Part shown: positions 26,801-38,188 of the stretch, piece after piece | Numbering within the stretch: position 1 is the stretch's first letter | Layout of the letters: every line of letters starts with the position of its first letter | Assembly: GCA_002269645.1 (NCBI GenBank) | Contig: NIVC01002842.1 | Coordinates: 38,981 to 102,980, forward strand | Direction: 5' to 3' | Origin: Macrostomum lignano | Taxonomy: Eukaryota | Length of the DNA: 64,000 nucleotides | The notes under the pieces: generated by a model | What the model was told of the DNA's origin: nothing | Seen by the model: only the letters and a program-made list of their open reading frames with translations | Databases searched by the model: none | Translations under genes and position numbers: made by a program

Positions 26801-29800
26801 ATGCCGCTGCCCGCAGCCCGAGCCCCAGCCGCCTCGGTCGCGGCGCCAACGACAACGGCTCGATGGCAACTGAGCTCGCCCGTGTGCGCCGAGAGCGCGA
26901 CGACCTGCGCGCCGTGCTGGACCGCTTCGAACGGCACATGGCCGACATTCAGGCCAATGTGCGCGGCCACGCCATTGAGCGGGCAAATCTGCAGCGCGCA
27001 TTGGAAGACTCAAAGGTAGGTCGAGTCTGTGTTGGTGGCCTTTGTAATGGCTTTTGGTTGTAGTGAGAGGCGGGGAGAGGTGGGAGAGGCGGGAGAGGTA
27101 AGAGAAGCGGGAGAGGTGAGAGAGTTGAGAGAAGCGGGATAGGTGAGAGAGGCGGGATAGGTGAGAGAGGCGGGAGAGGTGAGAGAAGCGGGAGTAGTGA
27201 GAGAGTTGAGAGAAGCGGGAGAGGTGAGAGAGGCGGAAGAGGTGAGAGAGATGAGAGAAGCGGGAGAGGTGAGAGAGGCGGGAGAGGTGAGAGAGGCGGG
27301 AGAGGTGAGAGAGGTGAGAGAAGCGGGAGAGGTGAGAGAGGCGGGAGAAGCGGGAGAGGTGAGAGAGGCGGGAGAGGCGGGAGAAGTGAGAGAGGCGGGA
27401 GAGGTGAGAGAAGCGGGAGAGGTGAGAGAGGCGGGAGAGGTGAGAAAAGCCGGAGAGGTGAGAGAGGCGGGAGAGGTGAGAGAAGCGGGAGAGGGGAGAG
27501 AGGCGGGAGAGGTGAGAAAAGCCGGAGAGGTGAGAGAGGCGGGAGAGGTGAGAGAAGCGGGAGAGGTGAGAGAGGCGGGAGAGGTGAGAGAGATGAGAGA
27601 AGCGGGAGAGGTGAGAGAGGCGGGAGAGGTGAGAGAAGCGGGAGAGGTGAAAGAAGCGGGAGAGGTGAGAGAGGCGGGAGAGGAAGATCTAGACTAGAGG
27701 TAAAGAAGCCTGATATGGGAGTGAGCTGTAAAATATATTGTAGACAGAAAAATGAGATGGGAGGTATTGTGTAAAAAGAGGAAGGAAGAGGAGTTGCAGG
27801 TGGTAGGAGGAGGTCAGGGGTGTTGATTTATATTTGCTTACAAGTCAGGGACAGACGTGACGGCAGTAGAAATAGGGATGGATCAACATTTAAGGCGCGA
27901 TAGAGGCATGGAGAAATGTTTACTGCCGGACCGAGTTTCCAGCCGTGCTCAATTCACCACCCGTTGCCGCAGGCTGAGCTGGCCCGGGCTCGCCGGGAGC
28001 TCCTGGCCTCTGCCGGCGCTTCCGCTGCCGCCTCCGCCTCCGGCCCGTCGCTGGCCGCCCAGGCCGCGCAGAAGCGGGCCGAGACCGACCGGGACGACGC
28101 CCTGGCCGAGCTGCAGCGGACGGCCAGCGAGCGGGACAGCCTGCGGGAGAGGCTGCAGGCTGCCGCCGAGACCGCCTCCGGTGACAGGGCCCGGCTGGAG
28201 CAGCGACTCGAGGAGCTCATGGCCGCCGCTAGGAAGGTCGGCTCCTGTGCCCTGATGTGCTGCTTTCCCACACTATATCATACACCCTGTCCCACACTAT
28301 ATCCCACACCCTATCCCACACTATATCCCACACCCTATCCCACACTATATCCCACACTATATCCCACACCCTATCCCACACTATATCCCACACCCTATCC
28401 CACACTATATCCCACACCCTGTCCCACACTATATCCCAAACCCTATCCCACACACCCATCCCACACCCTATCCTACACCCGATCCCACACTATATCCCAC
28501 ACCCTATCCCACACTATATCCCAAACCCTATCCCACACTATATCCCACACCCTAGCCCACACTATATCCCAAACCCTATCCCACACACCCATCCCACACC
28601 CAATCCCATACATCCGCAGGCGGCAGCCGAGAGAGACGACATGGCCACCCGGGCTGCCGCATTCCGGCAGCGCTGCGCAGACGCAGAGGAGCAGCTGAAG
28701 ATGGCGCAGCGCTGTCTGGCTGAGCGCTCTGAGGCCGCCGCCGAGGCGAACGCCGCCCAGGAGGCCGCCGCGGCCGCCGCCGACGCCGCCCAGCGCCAGT
28801 GCCGGCAGCTGCAGGCGGAGGCCACCGAGGCCAGGGAGGCCGCAAACGAGCTGGACGATCAGTGCGGCCGCGCCCAGAGGGAACTGCGCGCCGCCCGCGA
28901 GGAGCGCGAAGAGATGCGCCGCAGTATCGCCTCGCTGCAGGTTAGGCGGGGTTGATGCTGAGGTTCTCTAGCTCGATACCTGGTTTATGAGGACCTGGCA
29001 GAGATTCTCTTAACTGCTCCGCATTCTCAACACCAGAGAGGCGGACTGGACATTCCTCACTTTGCATATCTGAGGTTGTCTACTAACGAGTAGTGCAAAA
29101 AGAAAGTTATTAACTAAAGTTGCGAATTCGATTCTCATTTAAGAGAGACTCCACCGTGCGAAATCTATTGGCTGGTAGCAGTTGTTTTGAATTTCCTTAA
29201 CTTTCTATCTCAGATTATTAAAATGAGTTGCCGCATAGTGAGGGGCTGGTGAGTCTGGTGACTAGCATAGATCTGTTTAAATGCACCTATGTCAGAGAAT
29301 TCTACAATTTTCTAGAATGCCCACGAGGGAGAGAGGAGGGGTGAGAGGAGAGCAGAAGTTTCAAAGGACCCGAGGGCCGGATAGAAAGGCTTCGCGGGCC
29401 GGATTTTGCCGACTCCTGTTCTAAGAGTGCATGCTTCATCACTGCTTGATGCCCTCCTCACCTGGCAGAATGAGAAGGCGGCCGCCGAGTCCTCAGCGAA
29501 GGACCGCAGCGACCGGATCCGCAGCCTGGAGGCGGAGGCGCGGGCCGCGGCAGCCGAGGCGGCGGAAGCTCGCGCCGAAGCGGCCGAAGCCGGCCAGGCC
29601 TGCGAGCGGACGCGCAATCAGGCGGCTGCGCGCGAGGCCGAGCTGCGCCAGGCCGCCACGGATGCCGCTGCCGCCGAGCGCCGGCGCACGGAGGCGGCCG
29701 CTTCTGACGCGGCGCGCATGCGCGAGGATCTGTCCGCCGCGGCGCGGGAGATTCGCGCATTGCGCGGCGAACTGCAAGCGGCTCGGGAGGAGCGCGAAGA

Positions 29801-32689
29801 GCTTCTGGCCCGGCTGGCGCAGGAGTCGCGCCGCACCGAGGAGGCCACCGAGGCTGGCGCCGAGTTGCGCGAGCGCTGCCGCGCCATCAGCGCCGAAGCG
29901 GAGCGAAACCGCGCCGAGGCCGCCACAGAAAACGGCGCCCTTCGGCAGCATCTGGCGGCGCGCGACGCCGAGCTGGCCAGGGCGCGGGAGCGCGCCAACA
30001 ACGGCGAGGCGGAGGCGCAGGAAGCGCGGCGCTCAGCGGCGGACTTGGCGGCAAAGGTCGACACGCTGGAGAGGTCGCTGCGCGAGGCGCAGGATTCGGC
30101 GAGGAGGCAGCACGGCGAGCTTCAGGTTGGTGTTGACGCTTGCTTGCGCCTCTGCCTTGATGCTGGGCCAGCCTCCCAAATCCCCTCAGTTGCTGTGACA
30201 GCCTCCCAGATCCTCAGATTCTGGGCCAGCCTCCCAAATCCCCTTAGTTGCTGTGACAGCCTCCCAGATCCTCAGTTGCTGGGCCATCGCCACTTTCCAA
30301 GACCAAGCAGTGTAGGTCAGCGGTGATGCGTCCAAATCACGCGCCTAAGTCTCCGAATCCGTGCGCAGTCAACTCCCGTCCGCCTCCCCTTCAGGCCGCC
30401 TTTGCCGACCTGGCCGCCCTGCGCGATCTGTGCGCCCAGCTGGAGGCCGACAAAGAGCGGCTGGAGGCGGACAAAGACCAGCTGGAAGCAGAGCGCGGAG
30501 AACTCGAATCGGAGCGTGAGCAGCTAGCCGGCCAGCTGTCCGAGATTTCGGACACGTCCGGCCGGACGGAGGCAGCGCTGGCTGACGAGCGCGAGGCCCG
30601 GCTGGGTCTGGCCGGAGCCCTGGCCGAGTGCCGCGACGAGGCCGCCCGCTGCCGGGCCGCCGCCCAGGAGGCCGAGTCAGACGCGGAGCGCGAGCGCGAG
30701 CGCGCCGACGCCGCCGAGGCCCGCGCCGACGCCGGCGCCCGCGAGACCGGCCGACTTCGCTCCCGCTGCGCCGAGCTCGAAGCCGAGAGCGAGCGGCTGG
30801 CGCGGCTGCTCTGCGCCGAGCGCTTCGAGCGGGAGCGGCTGGCGGCTAGGATTGGCGCCGCGGCCAGGTAGCTTTGATTGAGATGCTCTGGTAGTGTAGA
30901 CTGAGAGTAGATTCTATAGTTTAAGATTAGATTCCGTAGTGTGAGATTAGATTCTTTTTTCATTTTTAGTATATGGATAGTGTGAGATTAGATTCTATAG
31001 TGTGAGATTAGATTCCGTAGTGTGGTATAAGATTCTATAGGGTCCGTACTGTGAGATTAGATTCTATAGTGTGAGATTAGATTCTTTAGTGTGGTATTGG
31101 ATTATATAGTGTGGGATTAGATTCCGTAGTGTGGGATTAGATTCTATAGGGTCCGTACTGTGAGATTAGATTCTATAGTGTGAGATTAGATTCCATAGTG
31201 TGGGATTAGATTCTATAGGGTCCGTACTGTGAGATTGGATTCTATAGTGTGAGATTTAGATTCTATAGTGTGAGATTTAGATTCTATAGTGTGGGATTAG
31301 ATTCTATAGTGTGGGATTAGATTCTATAGTGTGGGATTAGATTCTATAGTGTGGGATTAGATTCTATAGTGTGGGATTAGATTCTATAGTGTGGGATTAG
31401 ATTCTATAGTGTGGGATTAGATTCTATAGTGTGGGATTAGATTCTATAGTGTGGGATTAGATTCTATAGTGTGGGATTAGATTCTATAGTGTGAGATTTA
31501 GATTCTATAGTGTGGGATTAGATTCTATAGTGTGGGATTAGATTCTATAGTGTGAGATTTAGATTCTATAGTGTGGGATTAGATTCTATAGTGTGAGATT
31601 TAGATTCTATAGTGTGGGATTTAGATTCTATAGTGTGGGATTAGATTCTATAGTGTGGGATTAGATTCTATAGTGTGGGATTAGATTCTATAGTGTGAGA
31701 TTTAGATTCTATAGAGTGAGATTTAGATTCTATAGGGTGAGATTTAGATTCTATAGTGTGGGATTAGATTCTATAGTGTGAGATTTAGATTCTATAGAGT
31801 GAGATTTAGATTCTATAGTGTGGGATTAGATTCTATAGTGTGAGATTTAGATTCTATAGAGTGAGATTTAGATTCTATAGTGTGGGATTAGATTCTATAG
31901 TGTGGGATTAGATTCTATAGTGTGGGATTAGATTCTATAGTGTGGGATTAGATTCTATAGTGTGAGATTTAGATTCTATAGAGTGAGATTTAGATTCTAT
32001 AGGGTGAGATTTAGATTCTATAGTGTGGGATTAGATTCTATAGTGTGGGATTAGATTCTATAGTGTGGGATTAGATTCTATAGTGTGAGATTTAGATTCT
32101 ATAGAGTGAGATTTAGATTCTATAGTGTGGGATTAGATTCTATAGTGTGGGATTAGATTCTATAGTGTGAGATTTAGATTCTATAGTGTGAGATTTAGAT
32201 TCTATAGGGTGAGATTTAGATTCTATAGTGTGGGATTAGATTCTATAGTGTGGGATTAGATTCTATAGTGTGGGATTAGATTCTATAGTGTGGGATTAGA
32301 TTCTATAGTGTGAGATTTAGATTCTATAGTGTGAGATTTAGATTCTATAGGGTGAGATTTAGATTCTATAGTGTGGGATTAGATTCTATAGTGTGGGATT
32401 AGATTCTATAGTGTGGGATTAGATTCTATAGTGTGAGATTTAGATTCTATAGAGTGAGATTTAGATTCTATAGTGTGGGATTAGATTCTATAGTGTGGTT
32501 CCACAATCTGCTGATTCCACAATCACAACAAATGGAGTGGAATCAGCAGATCAGATCCCATCTCACCCCCATTGCAGGGCCGCCTCCCCAGCCCGCTTCT
32601 CAGCCTCAGGCCAGCAGCAGCAGAGGTCCGGCGGCAGCTCCCGAGCCCAGAGCCCCATGGGCCGCCGTTACGAAGATGAAGATTTCTAA
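23865..32689 (+). CDS. CEP135: Centrosomal protein CEP135/TSGA10-family coiled-coil protein (5' end incomplete)
   Basis: Phase-consistent GT-AG exons: 23865-24168 (or ATG at 23826), 26167-26486, 26800-27015, 27973-28236, 28620-28940, 29469-30125, 30395-30867, 32578-32689 (TAA). Motifs RERDDLRAVLDRFERHMADIQANV, ETDRDDALAELQRTASERDSLRERL, ADLAALRDLCAQL and ERFERER match the CEP135/TSGA10 sequences as I recall them. Confidence 0.85.
24176..25003. repeat. 28-bp intronic minisatellite CCTCCCAGATCCTCAGTTGCAGGGCCAG
   Basis: About 29 units starting 7 nt after the GTAAG donor. Confidence 0.95.
26496..26712. repeat. 23-bp intronic minisatellite GTCTGAGCTGGTATCACTTCTGT
   Basis: About 9 units. Confidence 0.93.
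27064..27684. repeat. Purine-rich 9/18-bp intronic minisatellite GAGAGAGGCGGGAGAGGT
   Basis: Direct inspection. Confidence 0.93.
28266..28606. repeat. 12/24-bp intronic minisatellite ATCCCACACTATATCCCACACCCT
   Basis: Fills almost the whole intron. Confidence 0.93.
30161..30286. repeat. Short array of the same 28-bp motif found in intron 1
   Basis: CAGCCTCCCAGATCCTCAGTTGCTG units, about 4 copies. Confidence 0.85.
30905..32498. repeat. 20/21-bp intronic minisatellite GTGGGATTAGATTCTATAGT
   Basis: About 75 units, with a GTGAGATTTAG variant. Confidence 0.97.
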
Positions 32690-33304
32690 TAAAATCGATT
32701 TTTAGCACCAAATCATCTAACAGTCTGTCTGCACTTCCTGCCCGCCTGACCTCCGCTGGATCCGTGCTCATCTCCCCCTACTCAATGGAGCGTTGATCCG
32801 CCACTGCCCATAGTTTAACACTACTAGCTTAAGTAGTATGTACGCTGAGGAGAATCTATGTATTTTTAATAATTATTTATACATGTGATAGTTCTAAATA
32901 AATTTTGTCGCCCAGCACTACTCATAGTAGGTAAAAAAATTAAAATTGCGGAAAAAAGTTTGAAATCTTTAGGCTTCAGATTCTCATAATTAAATAGAAT
33001 TATTGACATTTCCGTCCAGATTTTTATTCAGTGTCTTAATGAATTTTCAGTCTATCTTTTATGTCTGTGTCGGCATTGATATGTCGGATTTTTATGTAAC
33101 TGCTTTTTGTCTGGCTGGCTGGATATGAAATACATTGTTTACATTTCTCATATATATATGCAGAGGCGCTTTGCAGACAAATTGTCTTTGAATAATCAGA
33201 TTGTGTACTTTAGTAGCAAGGCTGAGTAGCTTTAGACTGAGTGCATCCAGTAATGTTACTCGTGCAATTATAGAGCAATATTTTGTTAGTATCATAATTT
33301 TATC

Positions 33305-33680
33305 AGATTAGATCAAGTTGATCGGTCTTGTTATCATGAGATTAGATCAAACTGAGATCCTATTATCATGAGATTAGATCAAACTGACATCCTATTATCA
33401 TGAGATTAAATCAAGCTGAGATCCTATTATCATGAGATTAGATCAAGCAGAGATCCTATTATCATGAGATTGGATCAAACAGATCCTATTATCATGAGAT
33501 TAGATCAAGCTGAGATCCTATTATCATGAGATTAGATCAAACTGAGACCCTATTATCATGAGATAAGATAAAGCTGAGATCCTATTATCAGGAGATTAGA
33601 TCCAGAAGAGACAAGATCTTATTATCAGGAGATTAGATCCAGAAGAGACAAGATCTTATTAGCATGAGATTAGATCCCAG
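33305..33680. repeat. 32-bp minisatellite ATTATCATGAGATTAGATCAAACTGAGATCCT
   Basis: About 11 units in the spacer before BAP18. Confidence 0.92.
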
Positions 33681-33732
33681 TAGGCCCCCTGCCAGTCAGT
33701 CAGCTGTGCAGCTCCGCATTGGCCCGCAGCAA

Positions 33733-34596
33733 ATGAGCGGCGGCGGCAACGGCAGCAGCAGCGCGGCGGTCGTCTCGGACATTTTCGCCTCGGCCGGCCA
33801 GGCGTTCGGCCGTCTGGCCGAGCTGACCCGGCAGCTGCACGCGGACGAGCAGCAGGCGGCGGGCGGAGGCGGCAAATGGTCGGCGACGGAGCTCGACATG
33901 CTGCGCGACGCCGTGAGCCGATTTGGCGCCGATTTGAATCGCGTCACAGAGCTGGTCAAAGCGCGCACCCTGCGCCAGTTGCGCGGCCAGGTGCGCCAAC
34001 CTGCGGCGGTTGCGGCGCCGGCTGCGGCGCCTGATGACGAAGCGCCGCCAGTCAAGCTGGCCAAGAAGTCGCCGTCTCAGGCTGCGGCTGCGGCAGCTGC
34101 ACCGTCGTCTGTCGTTGGTCGCGGCGGAGCCTCCGGCCGAGGCAGTCGCGGCGGCAGCGGACGCGGCCGAGGCGCCGGTCGTGGCCGAGGACGGGGCGCC
34201 GGGCGCGGCCGGGGTCGCGGCCGAGGCCGTGGCGCCGGGACGTCAGCGCCTGCCGTTTCGACCGCCGCCGTCGCAGACGCGGGCGATGACGACGAAGACG
34301 ACGAGGACGATGAGGAGCGGCAGCTGTACACCGGCGAGGACGTCGAAGACGACGGTGACGACGACCCGCTGGCTGGCGGCTTCTACGGGAACGGCTCGGA
34401 CGATGACGACGACGATGACGACGATGATGATGAAGATGATGATGATGTGGAAGCTGGAGGCGGCAACGGCCAGCTGCGGTTCGATGTCGCAGGTGGCGCT
34501 GGCGGCCGGAACTTGGCGGCCGTTGCTGGCATTGGAGTCGAGGACGACGACGAAGACGACGATGACGATGACGACGAGCTGGTGGGCGGCTATTAG
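33733..34596 (+). CDS. BAP18: Chromatin complexes subunit BAP18 (C17orf49) homolog, SANT/Myb-like, with RG-rich and acidic C-terminal tail, 287 aa
   Basis: VSDIFASAGQAFGRLAELTRQLH...KWSATELDMLRDAVSRFGADLNRV...KARTLRQL matches BAP18 as recalled (VGEIFSAAGAAFTKLGELTMQLH...KWTETEIEMLRAAVKRFGDDL). Single open frame, with a CCCGCAG acceptor 3 nt before the ATG. Confidence 0.9.
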   Translation: MSGGGNGSSSAAVVSDIFASAGQAFGRLAELTRQLHADEQQAAGGGGKWSATELDMLRDAVSRFGADLNRVTELVKARTLRQLRGQVRQPAAVAAPAAAPDDEAPPVKLAKKSPSQAAAAAAAPSSVVGRGGASGRGSRGGSGRGRGAGRGRGRGAGRGRGRGRGRGAGTSAPAVSTAAVADAGDDDEDDEDDEERQLYTGEDVEDDGDDDPLAGGFYGNGSDDDDDDDDDDDEDDDDVEAGGGNGQLRFDVAGGAGGRNLAAVAGIGVEDDDEDDDDDDDELVGGY

Positions 34597-34794
34597 CACT
34601 GATGCAGCTGTCCAGCTGCCGCCTGTACAGTGCAATGCAGTGCTTTGTTTACGCGCTCTCTTGTTACATTTTTCCTGCGCTCTGGCAGCTGATGATTGCT
34701 ACTGCTTAATGTTTTTTATATTAACTATTTTCATGTGTACCCGTGCTCACTGTCTGTACAAACTGCTGTCATGTCTTGCAGCCGCTTTTCAAAG

Positions 34795-35630
34795 CAGGGG
34801 TCGGCAACTCCGGCCCTCGGGTCTTTTGAAACTTTGCAATAGCAATCCGGCCTGCTCAGGGGGTGTGTGTCGATCTTCTCAGCTCTCTTCTCAGTACTCT
34901 CTTCTCTCCCCTCTCTGTTCTCCTCTCCTCTCCTATCGTCTCTTCTCTTCCCTCCTCTTCTCTCCTCTCCCTCTTCCTCTCCTCTCTTCTCCTCTCTTCT
35001 CCTCTCCTCTCCTCTCTTCTCCTCTCTTCTCTCTTCTCCTCTCCTCTCCTCTCCTCTCCTCTCCTCTCTTCTCCTCTCCTTTCCTCTTCTCTCCTCTCCT
35101 CTCTTCTTCTCTCCTCTCCTCTCCTCTCTTCTCCTCTCCTCTCCTCTCCTCTCCTCTCCTCTCCTCTCCTCTCCTCTCCTCTCCTCTCCTCTTCTCTCCT
35201 CTCCTCTCCTCTTCTCTCCTCTCCTCTCCTCTCTTCTCCTCTCCTCTCCTCTCCTCTCCTCTCCTCTCCTCTCCTCTTCTCTCCTCTCCTCTCCTCTCCT
35301 CTCTTCTCCTCTCCTCATCTCTCTTCTCCTCTCCTTTTCTCTTATCTCATTTCCTCTCATCTCATTTCTTCTCATCTCATTTCCTCTCATCTCATTTCCT
35401 CTCATCTCATTTCCTCTTATCTCATCTCCTCTCATTTTTTCTCTACTTTCATCTCTCATCGCAACTCCCATCTCGCCACTCACCTCTCTTCTGTGGTCTC
35501 TCATCTCGTCTTTCCTCTTCTCGCTCTCTCATTCCCATTGATTTCTTCTCTCATCTTGTCCAAAGCATGATCATCTATTTAAGTAGATCCTTTTTCTGGT
35601 CATTAAAGTAAAAACGTTTGCCGACCCCTG
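34795..35630. mobile_element. hAT-type MITE with an expanded internal (CTCTC/TCTCC)n tract
   Basis: TIRs CAGGGGTCGGCAAC and GTTTGCCGACCCCTG; flanks TTTTCAAAG/TTTTCAAG; same family as 21124-22398. Confidence 0.82.
34875..35545. repeat. Pyrimidine-rich (CTCCT)n/(CTCAT)n tract
   Basis: Direct inspection. Confidence 0.95.
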
Positions 35631-35892
35631 TTTTCAAGCTTGCTTCACATTCGCTACTGCGGTGTCCCGATGGCATGATCAATTTATAGTGTAAATTATG
35701 AATCTATTTAGTCATACGTCAATTCGTAATTTATGCTTATTATGCGAGACAAGAATGTATTTATTAATACATTGGATAGGGGCAGGATACCTGCTGCAGT
35801 GACTGTCGCTATTTTACTATAAAATTATCACCATGAAGTAATTTTTATTTTTTCATATTTTTTATTAAACTACTTGTTATCCCTTTCGGCGG

Positions 35893-36215
35893 GATGTAAA
35901 ACAGTTAGGGAGGATTTAACTAAAGAATATAATCCAGTTAGAAAGAATGCAAAATAGTTATGGAGAATGTAAACCAGTTAGGGAGGATGTAATCCAGTTA
36001 GGGAGGATGTAAACCAGTTAGGGAAAATGTAATCCAGTTAGGGAGGATGTAAACCAGTTAGGGAGAATGTAATCCAGTTAGAGAGGATGTAAACCAGTTA
36101 GGGAGAATGTAATCCAGTTAGGGAGAATGTAAACCAGTTAGGGAGAATGTAATCCAGTTAGGGAGAATGTAAACCAGTTAAGGAGAATGTAATCCAGTTA
36201 GGGAGAATGCAATCC
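35893..36215. repeat. 20-bp minisatellite AATCCAGTTAGGGAGGATGT
   Basis: About 15 units. Confidence 0.92.
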
Positions 36216-36589
36216 GGACAGAGAGAACACTTACACAGGCACACGCTGTGTACAGTAGCCCTGACTCTCATTGTCAGACATGTACATACTCCTGAGGCCG
36301 GCTGGTAGTGGACTTTGGTCGAGTCAAGTTTTAGATCAAGTAGTCAATGCCAGTACTAAAATAATGAAAAAATATGCTTTCAAAAATGTAACTCGGGGTC
36401 ATGCCTGTTTTTCATCAATTTTTGCTTTAAAGAAGATCTTAGTACGAGTACGGAGTAAATAAAACATATTTTGAATTGTTTGTAATCGCATCTTGTCGCA
36501 ACATATCACTGGGATCTGTATTCAATCTGACCTCAAGTGTGCCGCTCTTGAAAGCTTGGACAGGACGAAAAAGTCATCAAAATTACTCG

Positions 36590-36890
36590 GATTAACCAGT
36601 GGCTGACGTCTACGGTAAGCACAGGGAGTGGTGGGCCGACGCCCCCGACTGCCGGCAATCCCGCGCGGCATCCATGGCTGTTTTGCCAGGCATCGCGACC
36701 TCCAGGGAAAATCCGCAGTGAGGAATGCTCATTCTGTCTCTCCGGTGTCGAGAATGCGGAGCACTTCATCTGTGAATGCCCCGCCTGTACTCAACAGGCT
36801 CACCTACCTCGGCCCACACCCGGACCTTTCCGACATTTTTCAGGCCCGGGAATCTGCCAGCTCGTCCGATACCTAAATGGCTAGGAGAAT
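36590..36890 (+). mobile_element. LINE ORF2 3' fragment (CCHC zinc knuckle), frameshifted
   Basis: Joining frames gives RGIHGCFARHRDLQGK..EECSFCLSGVENAEHFICECPA..RLTYLGPHPDLSDIF. Confidence 0.65.
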
Positions 36891-38188
36891 CACACGATCT
36901 CCCTGCGCAACACCGCAGTACCAGCTGCCTGTGGTTGTCAGGGGTTTTCGGAATGGACTTCGACCGCCTCCTGCTGTATCCGGATTCCCGGAACCTCCTG
37001 CAGTTGAGACAAAGTGTTTGGTAGGATTGGCCCTCGTGGGAGGGAGCTGCACAGTTCAGCCATTGAGAGTCCGATGCGTTGTCCGGTGAGCTGAGCAAGT
37101 CTGGTTAGGAGGATGTAGTCCGGTTGGATGGCTAATAACCGTGTAAATGTACTTTTAACTACCTCTATTGATTTACTGGTAGTGCGGCACTGCATAAAAG
37201 TTCGAAATAAAGAATTTACAATGTGGGACATGCTTTTTCTCAAGAAATGCCCAGAACGGCGAGTATAAATTTTTACTTCATAATGTGCAATTTAATTTTC
37301 AAGAGGAACGTTAAACGGCATTAATATAAATTAGAAGGTAATGAATTTTCTTAGAAATCCAGACAGAATCCCATGAATCATTGGCGAATTATGACGGCTA
37401 ACTTTGAAGTTCAGTTCTGTCGCAGCGAGTCCCGGACTGTTGGTCGAACTCTCAAATATTGGCATGTTTTTATCAAATAAAGTAGTTTGAATCGTGAAAA
37501 ATGTTTTGAGTAGCTATAAACAGATTAAATTAACACACTTCAGAAGTCAAACAATGCCTGGCTAAATACATTGAATGCCCGGCCAGTGGGTGTGTTGTGT
37601 TCACACCCACTGGGAGCAGGAGACAAACAAGCCACTGGATTGGCGGGCTTGCAGCATAAAATTAAGAATGCACAACTGAATGAGTAGGGCTTATATGGAA
37701 CTTCAATTTTTTCCTGTTCATCAACCAAGCACATTGTGTGAACTGCAAGATTTTATCACCCTCTGTGCGAATATAGTCACAATGAGAACTGCGAGAACGA
37801 GCAAGAAAGATAGAACTTTGACTTGCCAAGCAGGCGTGTACACAGTGCTGACCTGAAGTACGAGCTGTGTGCATACTCGACAGAAAGGGAACTTCTACTT
37901 TTGATAAACATTAGATTCATAAATATAACTTGTTAACTAATACAATACCAAATCAATCTAAGCACCTAAAAAGGTACAAGTGCAGAACAGCAACCAGAGC
38001 GTCTCACTTCCGGGTACGAGTAAGTGCACGCATTATTGAGCCAACGGCTTTATTATTATACAATTGCAACTATGAAAGCCCTGCTATTATCATACGCATC
38101 TTTCTGAACTGAAAAGTGGCGTTTTATCTGCCTCTCTCGTTGCTGGGGGATGCTTCTTTAATAACATTTGACTTTGCCTTTTAGAGAA

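Noticed and set aside
27161-27697. REAGEV-repeat ORF
   Set aside because: It lies in an intron defined by phase-consistent flanking exons and is a purine minisatellite.
34010-35611. 533-aa ORF overlapping BAP18
   Set aside because: Alternative frame of a GC-rich gene running into a CT-rich tract inside a hAT MITE.
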